This document shows positions 9,424 through 19,485 of a stretch of 55,269 bases of DNA, one piece after another. Within the stretch, counting starts at the first letter, position 1; each line of letters starts with the position of its first letter. A model generated the notes under the pieces. That model worked only from the letters and a program-made list of their open reading frames with translations, was not told the DNA's origin and did not search any database. The DNA is from Verrucomicrobiales bacterium (GTDB taxonomy: Bacteria > Verrucomicrobiota > Verrucomicrobiia > Verrucomicrobiales > V1-33): NCBI GenBank assembly GCA_031411295.1, contig JANOAV010000164.1:1-55269 (forward strand). Direction: 5' to 3'. A program made the position numbers and the translations under genes.

Positions 9424-11877
9424 TTAAGGTTTAACCGCCGCCGACTTCCGCTTGGTGTGGGTGAGCGAGGCCGCCAAGACCTCATCCGCGGTTTCCACCC
9501 AGACAAATTTTGTCTTCGCCAGCACCTCAGGCGGCATTTCGGCCAAATCCTTCTTGTTGCCCTTAGGGGCAATGACCGTGTGAATTCCCGCGCGCAGCGC
9601 AGCGAGGGTTTTCTCCTTCAGACCGCCGATGGGCAGGACCAAGCCCCGCAGACTGATTTCTCCTGTCATCGCAATGTCGGGGCGCACTGTCTGACCACTA
9701 AAGAGACTGGCCAGAGCCGTAAACATCGCCCCACCCGCGCTCGGCCCGTCCTTTGGGGTGGCCCCGGCGGGAACGTGGAGGTGAATGTCATTTTCCTTGA
9801 AGGCTTCCTGCGGAATGTTCAACTCCTGCGCCCGGCTGCGCACCAAGCTCAGAGCCGCGGAAACGCTTTCTTTCATCACATCGCCCAGTTGTCCGGTCAG
9901 CTTGATTTGTCCCGTGCCAGGATAACGCAGCGCCTCAATGTGCAGGATCTCCCCGCCCACCGGCGTCCACGCCAAGCCTGTGACGATGCCGGGACGGGGA
10001 ATGTCATTGCGTTCTTCATGCTCAAATTTCACCGGTCCCAAGGTCGTTTCTACGAAGTTAGCATCGATGATCACTTTGTTCGTTTCATTCCGCGCAATCT
10101 TGGCGGCTACGGCCCGGCAGAGCGATCCAATCTGACGCTCCAACTCCCGCACGCCGGCTTCGCGAGTGTAACTGGAAATGACTTTCGTCAAGGCGGCTGG
10201 CTGAATCACACAGTTCGATGCCTTCAGTCCATGATCGCTCAACTGCCGCTTGATGAGGCGACGCTTCGCTATTTCCCGCTTCTCACGTTCCGTGTAACTG
10301 CTCAGTTCCATGATTTCCAAACGATCCCGCAAGGGCCCGGGGATCGTGCTCAAATCATTGGCCGTGGCCAGGAAGAGCACTTTCGACAAGTCGAAGGGCA
10401 CATCCAAATAATGGTCGGTGAAATTTACATTCTGATGCGGATCCAGCACTTCCAGCAGGGCGCTGGTGGGATCCCCCCGGAAATCCCGGCCAATCTTGTC
10501 GATCTCGTCCAACATGATCACGGGATTGTTCGATCCCGCCCGACGAATCTCTTCAATCAAGCGGCCCGGCATGGCTCCGATGTAAGTTCTCCGATGTCCG
10601 CGAATGTCCGCTTCATCATGCACGCCGCCAAGACTAACCCGCACGAACTTCCGCCCTAGGGCGCGCGCCACGCTGCTGCCAAGGCTCGTTTTCCCAACGC
10701 CCGGGGGCCCTAGCAGGAGGAGGATGGGGCTGTGACCATCGGGTTTCAACTTCCGCACCGCCAAGTGCTCGAGAATCCGCCGCTTGATTTTATCCAAACC
10801 ATAATGGTCTTCGTCGAGGATTTTCTGCGCGTGATCCAAATCCAGATCATCCTTCGTGGAAACGTTCCACGGCAGATTGGCGATCGTTTCGACATAAGTC
10901 GTGATGATGCCAGCCTCGGGACTGCCGGACGGGATGCCGTCGAGTCGTCTCAATTCGCGCTCGGCCTGTTCCAACACCGCCGCAGGCGGATTCGCAGCCG
11001 CCAGCTTCTCGCGGAGGCGGGTGGGTTGGTCACTGGACTCGCCCTTGCCATCGCCCAGTTCTTTATGAATCGCCTTCAATTGCTCCTGCAAATAAGCCCG
11101 CCGTTGCTGATCGCTGAACTGCTCATGCACATCCTTCTGGATTTTCTCCTGCAACTCGGCCACATGCAATTGATGGGCCACCTTCGCCTGCACCGTCCGA
11201 ATGCGCTTGGCCACGTTGAGTTCCTCCAGGATCCCTTGTTTCTCCGTCGTGGTCAGTTCGAGCCCGCCTGCGATGAAATCAGTTAGTTTGCCCCCGTCAT
11301 CCAAGTTGCGCACCAGCACGCTGATTTGATCCGGCACGTCTTGCTTCCGTGCCAAATATTGCAGGGCCGTGTCGCGCAGCGTGTTCACCGTGGCTTGCCA
11401 GGACGGTGTATCTGCCTGGGGTGGACTGTGGAGCACTTCGACGTTGGCTTTTAAATAAGGGGTGGTGGAGGTGGCTTCGTGCAGTTTGATGCGCTCCAGC
11501 ACGTTCACGATGATCACGGTGATATCATCACTTTCCTTAACTTGCCGCAACACACTAACAGCTACCCCAACCGGATACAGATCTTTTACCCCCGGCTCAT
11601 CATCGCTCTCTGTGGCTTGGGTGAAAACGCCCACCGTCTTGCCGTTGGGCAAAATTTCTTCCAGCAGCTTCTTGCTGGAGGTGCGCCCGATACTCAACGG
11701 CAGCACCATGCCAGGAAAGAGCACGCCATTGCGAATCGGCAGAATGGCCAAGTTCCCGGGGATCCCCTCCGGAGTGGAGGCATCATCATTGGTCGCGCGC
11801 AAGGCCGGAACATCTTCGATGAGGATCTTGGGCTTCGACTTGGCTGCGGTGGAGGATTTGGTGGTGCGGCTTTTCAT
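9424..11877 (-). CDS. lon: ATP-dependent Lon protease
   Basis: LON N-domain '[17 protein letters not shown]', Walker A GPPGVGKT, 'DEIDK', catalytic 'PKDGPSAG' and 'IGGLKEK'. Confidence 0.98.
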   Translation of the reverse strand: MKSRTTKSSTAAKSKPKILIEDVPALRATNDDASTPEGIPGNLAILPIRNGVLFPGMVLPLSIGRTSSKKLLEEILPNGKTVGVFTQATESDDEPGVKDLYPVGVAVSVLRQVKESDDITVIIVNVLERIKLHEATSTTPYLKANVEVLHSPPQADTPSWQATVNTLRDTALQYLARKQDVPDQISVLVRNLDDGGKLTDFIAGGLELTTTEKQGILEELNVAKRIRTVQAKVAHQLHVAELQEKIQKDVHEQFSDQQRRAYLQEQLKAIHKELGDGKGESSDQPTRLREKLAAANPPAAVLEQAERELRRLDGIPSGSPEAGIITTYVETIANLPWNVSTKDDLDLDHAQKILDEDHYGLDKIKRRILEHLAVRKLKPDGHSPILLLLGPPGVGKTSLGSSVARALGRKFVRVSLGGVHDEADIRGHRRTYIGAMPGRLIEEIRRAGSNNPVIMLDEIDKIGRDFRGDPTSALLEVLDPHQNVNFTDHYLDVPFDLSKVLFLATANDLSTIPGPLRDRLEIMELSSYTEREKREIAKRRLIKRQLSDHGLKASNCVIQPAALTKVISSYTREAGVRELERQIGSLCRAVAAKIARNETNKVIIDANFVETTLGPVKFEHEERNDIPRPGIVTGLAWTPVGGEILHIEALRYPGTGQIKLTGQLGDVMKESVSAALSLVRSRAQELNIPQEAFKENDIHLHVPAGATPKDGPSAGGAMFTALASLFSGQTVRPDIAMTGEISLRGLVLPIGGLKEKTLAALRAGIHTVIAPKGNKKDLAEMPPEVLAKTKFVWVETADEVLAASLTHTKRKSAAVKP

Positions 11878-11916
11878 TGGGGGAGGGGGGGATTTAGGGG
11901 GGCCTTGGGACCGATG

Positions 11917-12207
11917 TTACCATGTCTCGTCGGATTCGACTACACGAATTCTCGTCTTCTTTACGACGGTGGCATCAACCGATTTCAGCGAACCCATCGA
12001 TCCCGTCGGTCGCATCCGGAACGCCAGGAACAAGAGCCCAGCGCCCAGCGTGATCAGAATGCTGGAAATGATGAAGATGAAAATGGCTGGAAAAACCGCC
12101 ACCAGCACCCCCAGCAAGACCAAGCCAGCGCCTGGCACCGCCAGCACCGGCATGGGCAGCGAAGTCCGGCCGCTAAGAGAGTTGAACAGGAGAGATTTGA
12201 GGCGCAT
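11917..12207 (-). CDS. Small two-TM membrane protein upstream of lon
   Basis: Two hydrophobic helices, co-oriented with lon. Start placed at ATG 12207 (MRLKS) and uncertain. Confidence 0.55.
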   Translation of the reverse strand: MRLKSLLFNSLSGRTSLPMPVLAVPGAGLVLLGVLVAVFPAIFIFIISSILITLGAGLLFLAFRMRPTGSMGSLKSVDATVVKKTRIRVVESDETW

Positions 12208-12413
12208 GGAGAGGTTGGGGTTGATGCGACACATTACTTCATTTTGCGTGCCAGTGCAGTGGAAACTTTCCCGAATAAAGTAACGCCCCCCACCACCACC
12301 CGGACGCACCCACCAGACGCACAAGCCGGAGACGCCGACTATGAGAAGCCAGGAACCTCCTGCCAGCTATAAGAGGCAAATTGTCACGCCCAACTGCGTC
12401 GGATTGACTCATA

Positions 12414-12464
12414 GTAGCTGGGACGCCCTCGCCCCATATCGTAGCTGGGGCGCCCTCGCCCCAT
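12414..12464 (+). repeat. Tandem GTAG-type REP doublet
   Basis: GTAGCTGGG[A/G]CGCCCTCGCCCCAT at 12414 and 12441; hairpin TGGGGCG-ccct-CGCCCCA. Confidence 0.7.
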
Positions 12465-12557
12465 CTGATCGATGGACACACCCTCGCCTCGTCCCGCAGC
12501 GTAAACCCTCCGAACACCGGGGTATCCGTCCATTTCCATTTGGAAACAGGTAATATT

Positions 12558-12626
12558 GAGCGAATGTGGAAGCAGTCCGCTGGACTGCTCTCAAAGGGAA
12601 GAACACTCAAGTGGACTGCTCCACAT
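12558..12626. repeat. REP-like element family A, copy 2
   Basis: Direct repeat of 7834-7903. Confidence 0.8.
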
Positions 12627-12757
12627 CCTCCCGATTCCCCCATGTAAATGGTCTCAGCCCACCAACACCCAAGTGCCCGCTCGGTGCTGTTTCAGAAATA
12701 CTTCCGCTTGTCCACTTTCCTCGCTCACTCTATGACATTCACCTAGAAATTCATCAA

Positions 12758-13339
12758 GTGATCATCCCACGCTACATCATCGGTTTCTCTGGCCATCGGC
12801 ACCTTACGGATGCCGCCAGCATTCGCGCTGCAATCCATGCTTCGTTAGCCGCACTCAAGGCTCATGCTATCGCCCAAGGGGCCCAAGTGGAATTCTACAG
12901 TAGTGCTGCCTATGGGGCGGATTTGCTGGCGCTGGATTGCGCTACGGAGCTACAGATTCCCATCCACCTCAGCCTGCCGCTGCCAGAGGACGAGTTTGGG
13001 CAGGATTTCGTCGGCCACGACGAGGATTGGTCCCAGGCGCAGACCTTCATTTCCGCTGCGCGAAATGGCACTAACGGCGGCACCTTCCGGGTCCAGCCCG
13101 ACCACCATCGCAGCGAGTGCTTTTACGCCGAGGCCACAAAACTCGTCGATGCCTGCGATTTCCTCCTCACCGTTTGGGATGGCGAAAAAGCCCACGGCCT
13201 CGCTGGCACCGCGCAAGTCATCGATCTCGCCATCGCCCATCAGAAGCCCGTCTTGCGGATTTCTACCGTTGACCCGAAGCCTGTTTCTTGCATCGAACTT
13301 GCTTTCGCCCTGCCATCTGCGGCGTTCGGGGCCAAATAA
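12758..13339 (+). CDS. Stand-alone SLOG-superfamily (YspA/DprA-like Rossmann) nucleotide-binding protein
   Basis: 'IGFSGHR', 'SSAAYGADLL', 'LPLP...F..DF', 'CDFLLTVWDG...AGTAQVI..A....KPV'. Start moved to GTG 12758 because the upstream part of the ORF runs through REP DNA. Confidence 0.8.
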   Translation: MIIPRYIIGFSGHRHLTDAASIRAAIHASLAALKAHAIAQGAQVEFYSSAAYGADLLALDCATELQIPIHLSLPLPEDEFGQDFVGHDEDWSQAQTFISAARNGTNGGTFRVQPDHHRSECFYAEATKLVDACDFLLTVWDGEKAHGLAGTAQVIDLAIAHQKPVLRISTVDPKPVSCIELAFALPSAAFGAK

Positions 13340-13362
13340 TTCCACCAGCACCATACCTCTCT

Positions 13363-15531
13363 ATGCAAGAATTCGCGTTGCCTCCTGGCTATCTAGTTCA
13401 GCGTTATGAAATACTTCGCGTCCTAGGCTACTCTGGGTATGCGTTTTACTATATAGCAAAACATCCTGCAATTGGGATAGAGGTGATGGTCAAAGAGTTG
13501 TTCCCGGCCGACCTCGTCTACAGGGACGGGTTGTCACAAGTTGTTCCTCGAGACGTAGGCTATGCCAAAGACTTCTCCAGAACCAAACAGCTTTACCTTG
13601 AAAGTTTGCGCGATGCTAGCAATTTTAATCATTCTGGAGTCCTCAAAATTTTGGAGGTCATGGAACTCCATAGCACAATTTACGTAATCTCCGAGTTCGT
13701 CGATGGTCTAACATTTGGTGATTGGATTAAACTTGGTTCTCCGCCAGAGGCGATGCTTCGGATGGTCACAATTCACTTGCTGCGCGCGCTGGGTGCGATC
13801 CACCAAAGCGGACTACTGCACCAGAATATCGACCCTACGACCATACGCATTCGCAAAGGGACAGAACTACCGGTTCTGATGGATTTCTACTTTAGGACCG
13901 AATTGCTCCCCAATGATTCGACCGCTATTAAGATTACGCCAAGGTATTCTGCGTTCGAAAGTTTTCAGAGCAAAGGGCGGACAGGTCCCCCAACCGATAT
14001 TTATTCGTTAGGAGCTGTGTTGTATCTGGCGGTTACCGGGAACCCGCCAATTTCAGCAGTTGATCGCGTTGAGGATGATCGCCTCCAGCCGTTAGCCGAG
14101 CAGCAAGAACTGAAGTATTCGCAGGATTTTTTGCGCAGTATTGATAAGGCTCTGCGATTTCGATTCTCTGATCGTTGGCAATCGGTGCGCGAATGGTTGG
14201 AAGCTCTGGGCGTTCCCGGCAATGTCCCTTCAAGTCCTTCAATGACAGAAGCCAACATGGACCACGATTCAGAGAACCCAACTCCGAAGCCATTTGATGT
14301 CTTTATCTCACACTCTGCGGAGGACAAGCTATTGGCGGATGCCTTGTGCGCAATACTCGAGCAGCAGAAGCTGCGCTGTTGGATTGCTCCCCGGGACATT
14401 CTTCCGGGCAACGAGTGGGGGGAATCCATCGTCGAGGGCATTGAGAACAGTCGAATGATGGTAATTCTCTTGTCCCGCGCCTCCAATCAATCGACCTACG
14501 TTTTAAGAGAGGTTGAGCGCGCGGTGAGCGGCGGACTGACCATCGTCCCAGTTCGCATCGAATCTGTCCTGCCTTCGAAGAAATTAACGCTTTTCCTGAG
14601 CGCGACCCATTGGCTGGATGCGATCACATCTCCAGTGGAGGGTCATTTTTTGAACTTGGCAAAGAAGCTCAAGGCGCACTTAGCCCTCGCCACCCCGCTT
14701 AAAGCCGAAATGGAGCCGAATGCCCTGCTCGCAAGTCAGGACATTCCACCCGTCGCAAAAATGGAAAAGGTAAGCCAGCAGCATGTGGACAAATCTGTGC
14801 CAGTTACCGCTCGCCGTCGCACCTGGAGCAAGGTGAGCCTAGCCGCCGCCATCGTCCTGCTCCTCGGCCTTGGCATCCTTTTCCAACAACCATTACGCAA
14901 ACTCTGGGTCGACCTCAATGCCGCTCCCGCCGCCCTCCCAATGCGTTCCTTTGTGTGCCAGGGAGGCATCGGCCCAAAAAACGTCCAATTCTACCTCGGC
15001 AAATCCATTGAAGCTGGAGCCCTGCAAAGCCCGCTGAAACTCGACGGCCCTAATAGATTTTCGCTGGGCACGGATGTCATCCCGTTGGGGCATAGCGTTT
15101 ACGCTGCCGCCCCGGGATATGAGTCTCAAGAAATCATTACCAACGACACTCTGATGAACTTCAAGGGGCCGGATGGAATCTATGCCCTTAGCAAAGAAAT
15201 CAAATTGAAACGGACGGAGATCGCGGTCATCGTCAATACCAAGGAGGTGGATAAAGCCTACGGAGTGCTCTCGTTCACGTGGAAAGAACCCCTGACCAAC
15301 GAACCCAAGGCTGAGGGGCCCAGCGAGCCGCAGACTATTATTAGGACCACAGATGCCACCGAGGAATCAATCAAGCTGAAGACAGGTAAATATCTGGTGC
15401 AGGCCCTCCTCAGCCGTGTTGACCGAATCTCCCGCCCCGTCGCCCCGGTGACCAACGGTTGGAATCTTATGGTCTCCAAGACCACCAAGCCCTTAATCTG
15501 CGACAAGATATCTCCCCCCTCTCCTCCATGA
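13363..15531 (+). CDS. Pseudokinase-TIR-TM-ectodomain protein
   Basis: Kinase fold with VMVKE but HQNIDPTT and DFY replacing HRDxKxxN and DFG. TIR 'DVFISHSAED...CWIAPRDI.PG..W...I...I...YVLREVERA'. TM LAAAIVLLLGLGILF. Start ATG 13363. Confidence 0.85.
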   Translation: MQEFALPPGYLVQRYEILRVLGYSGYAFYYIAKHPAIGIEVMVKELFPADLVYRDGLSQVVPRDVGYAKDFSRTKQLYLESLRDASNFNHSGVLKILEVMELHSTIYVISEFVDGLTFGDWIKLGSPPEAMLRMVTIHLLRALGAIHQSGLLHQNIDPTTIRIRKGTELPVLMDFYFRTELLPNDSTAIKITPRYSAFESFQSKGRTGPPTDIYSLGAVLYLAVTGNPPISAVDRVEDDRLQPLAEQQELKYSQDFLRSIDKALRFRFSDRWQSVREWLEALGVPGNVPSSPSMTEANMDHDSENPTPKPFDVFISHSAEDKLLADALCAILEQQKLRCWIAPRDILPGNEWGESIVEGIENSRMMVILLSRASNQSTYVLREVERAVSGGLTIVPVRIESVLPSKKLTLFLSATHWLDAITSPVEGHFLNLAKKLKAHLALATPLKAEMEPNALLASQDIPPVAKMEKVSQQHVDKSVPVTARRRTWSKVSLAAAIVLLLGLGILFQQPLRKLWVDLNAAPAALPMRSFVCQGGIGPKNVQFYLGKSIEAGALQSPLKLDGPNRFSLGTDVIPLGHSVYAAAPGYESQEIITNDTLMNFKGPDGIYALSKEIKLKRTEIAVIVNTKEVDKAYGVLSFTWKEPLTNEPKAEGPSEPQTIIRTTDATEESIKLKTGKYLVQALLSRVDRISRPVAPVTNGWNLMVSKTTKPLICDKISPPSPP

Positions 15532-15731
15532 ACGCTCCCAAGATCTTCATTTCCTCTATCTCGGGTGATGTGACATCTGCCCGTCAGATTACCAAGGAGG
15601 CTCTGCTGAATATCAAATGTCATCCGGTGGAGCAGACGACCTTTGAGTCGGACTGGCTGTCGGTGGAGAGGTGGTTTGCTTTTCATGGATTCAATGGCGC
15701 TGAGCCGTGGACGGAACTGGGGTTTCAGTAA
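15528..15731 (+). pseudogene. Truncated DUF4062-like (TIR-related) gene
   Basis: ATGA overlap with the previous stop. MNAPKIFISSISGDVTSARQITKEALLNIKCHPVEQTTF resembles the DUF4062 N-terminus, and the frame stops after 67 aa. Confidence 0.6.
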
Positions 15732-16023
15732 CTTTCCTCCACCCTTCCGCCGCATCTACCTCCTCGGCTTGATGGATGATCGATGCGACGAAGCATCAGC
15801 AGAGTCACGGTGGACCAGGACATTGGTTCAGCTCTCGTGACCGCAGACCGAAGAGAAAAACGTGGGACACATTCCGTTTACAGACTCCTCACTATGGACT
15901 GGCAAAGGCAGGGTTTCTGTAACATTGTTGGGGGGCAGGCGTCAGGCTTAGGATGGCATCGTTGTCTGCTGAGAGGGCGTTTCCAGTTGCCCCCAACTGC
16001 ATTTCGCGTGAGTTACTATCATA

Positions 16024-17022
16024 ATGACACCGGAAACCGCCCCCTGCCCTATTTGCCACACGCCAGCTCAGAAGACTGAGTGTCGGCAAGGTGGGCCTAA
16101 TCGCGATAAATGCAAATTCGTCTGCCCTCGCTGTGGCACGTATCTCATTCGCGAGAACCAAATGTCTCAACTGGAGTCCAAGCCGCTGAGCCCTAAAGAG
16201 GCGGCATGTGTGGCAGGGTATCGATGGGAGAATCCGCATTTCAATCTGATTACGGAGGCGGATGTGGAGTTTCTCAGAAGGCTGCGACAGCCTGGGATTA
16301 TGGAACGGGCGATGAAGTTGTTGCGGTATATTGCCGAGCATACACCGAGTTTGGGTGAAGATTTTTCCTATCCGAAAACCGCATTCGAAAATGATGGTGG
16401 CATCATGACCTTCATCGGTCTCGTTTGGAATAAGGCTGTTCCTAGCTTCCAACAACTACTGGCTGCAAGCTGGTCAGGGGCTGAAAACGAAATCAATTTC
16501 CTGTTGGATAAAGTTCTGACTTCAGAGTTGGAGTATCTGGACGCAGGAGGACAAATCACCACCAAAGGCTGGGTGGCAGTGGAGAAAGCCGCAGAAGCCG
16601 AAGACCCAGGGCTCGCCTTCGTCGCCATGAGTTTTGACGAGAATTTCAAACCAGTTTATCTGAGTGCCATAGCACCAGCTATTGAAGCCGCTGGTTACCA
16701 TCCAGAACAAATGGCCTTCGTAGAGCATGTCGAATCCATCACGGATAAAATGATGGCGGATATCCGAAGGGCGAAATTTCTGGTGGTGGACCTAACGGAA
16801 CATCGGCCCAACGTGTATTTCGAAGCAGGCTTCGCCTTCGGGCTCGGCAAGCCCGTGATTTTCTTGGTGCAGGAGGATCAAAAGGACGACGTGCATTTCG
16901 ATATCCAGCAATACAGTTATATCCCATGGAGCATGGACAACCTGGCCGATCTCAAAAACCGCCTCACCCAACGCATCCTCGGCCCGCTTGGCCAGGGGCC
17001 GATTCCGGTGAGGCCCGAATAA
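16024..17022 (+). CDS. Zn-ribbon plus nucleoside 2-deoxyribosyltransferase-like (TIR-like N-glycosidase) protein
   Basis: CPIC...CPRCG N-terminus; C-terminal 'AFVAMSF...I.PAI...GY...I...I..AKFLVVDLT..RPNVYFEAGFA.GLGKPVI'. Confidence 0.8.
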   Translation: MTPETAPCPICHTPAQKTECRQGGPNRDKCKFVCPRCGTYLIRENQMSQLESKPLSPKEAACVAGYRWENPHFNLITEADVEFLRRLRQPGIMERAMKLLRYIAEHTPSLGEDFSYPKTAFENDGGIMTFIGLVWNKAVPSFQQLLAASWSGAENEINFLLDKVLTSELEYLDAGGQITTKGWVAVEKAAEAEDPGLAFVAMSFDENFKPVYLSAIAPAIEAAGYHPEQMAFVEHVESITDKMMADIRRAKFLVVDLTEHRPNVYFEAGFAFGLGKPVIFLVQEDQKDDVHFDIQQYSYIPWSMDNLADLKNRLTQRILGPLGQGPIPVRPE

Positions 17023-17151
17023 ATCACATTTTCCAGAGTCCACGTGAACACTTGCCAAATAGCGCTACCCGGCTAAATCATTCCTATCTTACCTTCAGAA
17101 TACGCTCGGTATGGTAGTCCGTGCATCATTCTTTTGAAAAATCTCAATTCA

Positions 17152-18966
17152 ATGCCCAAAGAACCATTTCCTAGCCGATTAGGCAAATACCGAATCATTC
17201 AAGAATTGGGGCGCGGCCCTTTCAGCAACACTTATCTTGCCGAGCATGTTGGCACAGATTCTCGTGTGGCATTGAAAGCACTTAATTCGGACCAGCCTGA
17301 TTTCAGTAGAGTTCGGGCTAGGTTTATAGAGGAGGCACGCATTCAGGCACACTTGGGAGCAAAGCACGTAGGCATCGTCCAAGTTACCGACCTGGAAGAA
17401 GACAATGATCCTCCCTATTTCGTGATGGCATATTGCGACCAAGGAGACTTGGCGAAGCTGGTGGAAAGGGTAGGGCCGCTGCCCCCGACGCATGTCATGC
17501 GGATATTGCGGCAGGTGGCGGATGCGCTGTCCTACGTCCATCAATTGGTCGTGCTTCGGGCTCTTAAGCCGCAGAGCGTATTGCTAAAGTCGCCTACGGG
17601 CACTGGGATTGAACCGATTATCAAACTAATCGATTTCGGATTGGCACTTCAACTTGATGAGCATCAGGCGGTAGATGCCATGAAGATAGGTGAAGGCCAG
17701 ATGCTGGGAACGGCCTACTTTGCTGCGCCAGAACAACTGCGCTGCGAGGTAAATCTGGACTGCCGCTGCGATCTCTTTTCGCTAGGTATGACGGCTTGGT
17801 ATTTGCTAGAAGGTGGAGCCCCGATTCCTGGAACTAGTGGCCAAATACTCACGGAGCGTCTTTCTAAAGCTAGCTACGAAGATGCTCTACCGGAAGAACT
17901 TCCAGATAATTTCAGGAAACTCTTGGTCCGCCTTCTCTCCAAAGATGTCAAGGCGCGTCCCAGTTCTGCCCAAGAAGTCGTTAGGGAATTAGATGATTGC
18001 TTAGCAAATCCTGCCCACCAGTGGACTCATTTGACTGAAATGGAGCCAGTCACTGATAACCGAAGTCTAACCATGGCCAGTAGGTTCGATTTTACTGGGG
18101 AATCAGTCTGTAGTATTTTTGGAGAACAACGCCCGGCTCTCCTTAAAGAGACCGGGGTTCCTGTCCGTATTCACAAACTCAATTCGCCCGACAAGGGGAC
18201 CATAGCACGATTCAGTCAGCAGGCCGGGCGCATTACAGCCGTGAACTGTCCCCACCTACCAACAATTAAGTTGGAATTCCTCAAAGAGGGCTTTGTGGTC
18301 GAAGAGCAGATGTTGCCAGAGGCGGAAAACCTACTTGATGTCATCCGCCAAACGAGAGCGCTTCCCTTCGATTCCTCAGCTCGACTGCTCCGCTATTTAG
18401 CCGATGCTTGTGACGCCGTAATCGCGGCAGAACTCATTTCGTTCCCGCTCTCGCCTCGGTCCGTTGAATTAAGCGCTGGAGGCAAACGCTGGGTTGATGT
18501 TATTCCCCTTGGGGATTTTCGACTGATGCTTCGTGCAGATGTTTTTGCTCTCTTTCCCAGTGGGGAATCGTTCGGTCTAATTGATAGTCCTCGCACGGCC
18601 ACAATTGATCCACGAAGTGACCCCCGGGGACTTAGCTTAGTCCAACGCTTCCTAAGGGTCGCGTATTGGATTTTAGTAGGGAACGAATTGAGTAATGCCA
18701 CGTTTCAACCTATCCGAGGACTTACTGAAGAGAGTAACCTGCTTTTTCGACGCTACCTCAACGGAGCAACGATACCAGCAGACAATCCATGCTACTCTCT
18801 ACTAAAACAGATTTTCCAAGCTCAAGGCATGCTAATTCCTAGAGGATATGAAGGGCTGCCGGATAAGCCAGATGATGGGCCAGTTATTCAAGGCCCAATG
18901 CGTGAATTGATAAAACCACAGTCGTTTCCCCACCCTGTGACACCGAGTATGAACCAGCCCAAATGA
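17152..18966 (+). CDS. Ser/Thr kinase-like protein (pseudokinase) with a possible second degenerate kinase-like region
   Basis: LGRGPFS, VALK, DFG, APEQ and DLFSLG are present, but the catalytic loop is LRALKPQS (no Asp). In frame with the downstream TIR domain. Confidence 0.85.
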   Translation: MPKEPFPSRLGKYRIIQELGRGPFSNTYLAEHVGTDSRVALKALNSDQPDFSRVRARFIEEARIQAHLGAKHVGIVQVTDLEEDNDPPYFVMAYCDQGDLAKLVERVGPLPPTHVMRILRQVADALSYVHQLVVLRALKPQSVLLKSPTGTGIEPIIKLIDFGLALQLDEHQAVDAMKIGEGQMLGTAYFAAPEQLRCEVNLDCRCDLFSLGMTAWYLLEGGAPIPGTSGQILTERLSKASYEDALPEELPDNFRKLLVRLLSKDVKARPSSAQEVVRELDDCLANPAHQWTHLTEMEPVTDNRSLTMASRFDFTGESVCSIFGEQRPALLKETGVPVRIHKLNSPDKGTIARFSQQAGRITAVNCPHLPTIKLEFLKEGFVVEEQMLPEAENLLDVIRQTRALPFDSSARLLRYLADACDAVIAAELISFPLSPRSVELSAGGKRWVDVIPLGDFRLMLRADVFALFPSGESFGLIDSPRTATIDPRSDPRGLSLVQRFLRVAYWILVGNELSNATFQPIRGLTEESNLLFRRYLNGATIPADNPCYSLLKQIFQAQGMLIPRGYEGLPDKPDDGPVIQGPMRELIKPQSFPHPVTPSMNQPK

Positions 18967-19449
18967 GTTATTCGAAGTGGGCCTACCCCGTCCAAGCCTG
19001 GGCCATCGGTAACCGGCCCGGGTGCCGTTCCGAAGGAAAAGTCTTCCCGGTATACTTACGACGTTTTCATCAGTGCCAAAAGCGAGGATTATGTGGTTGC
19101 TAGAGAGGCGGCAGAATTTCTCACTGAAGCGGGACTCCGGGTATTTTTCTCTGAGCGCGAATTACCAAAAATGGGGAACAGCGATTACTCCGATGCGATT
19201 AACAACGCGCTTGATGGAGCACATCATTTGCTGGTGGTCACTTCCTCAGTGGAACGAGTCACCAGTAAGTGGGTGAAATATGAGTGGCAGACTTTTCATA
19301 ACGAAAATCTTAGCAACAGAAAGCAGGGGAATATTTTGACGCTAATATGCGGCGGAATTTCCATTGCTGACCTGCCCCTCATTTTAAGACAATACGAAGC
19401 CAGACCACAGGCAGACTTGTCAAAAATTATTAATTACTTTAGAAGCTAG
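18967..19449 (+). CDS. TIR domain in frame with the upstream kinase behind a single TGA
   Basis: Frame is open from 18967. YDVFISAKSEDY begins at 19057, before the first start codon (GTG 19093). 'SKWVKYEW' retains the conserved Glu. Confidence 0.75.
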   Translation, partial: VIRSGPTPSKPGPSVTGPGAVPKEKSSRYTYDVFISAKSEDYVVAREAAEFLTEAGLRVFFSERELPKMGNSDYSDAINNALDGAHHLLVVTSSVERVTSKWVKYEWQTFHNENLSNRKQGNILTLICGGISIADLPLILRQYEARPQADLSKIINYFRS

Positions 19450-19485
19450 TTCTGTTTTTCGGCGCAATTTCATTTCCTAATCACT

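Noticed and set aside
9457..12372. Several 180-400 aa plus-strand ORFs
   Set aside because: Antisense shadows of lon in GC-rich DNA.
12566..12757. N-terminal extension of the SLOG ORF
   Set aside because: It translates REP DNA; domain similarity starts at GTG 12758.
18964..18966. Selenocysteine codon
   Set aside because: It lies in a Pro-rich linker, not at a redox Cys position, and no convincing SECIS stem follows immediately.
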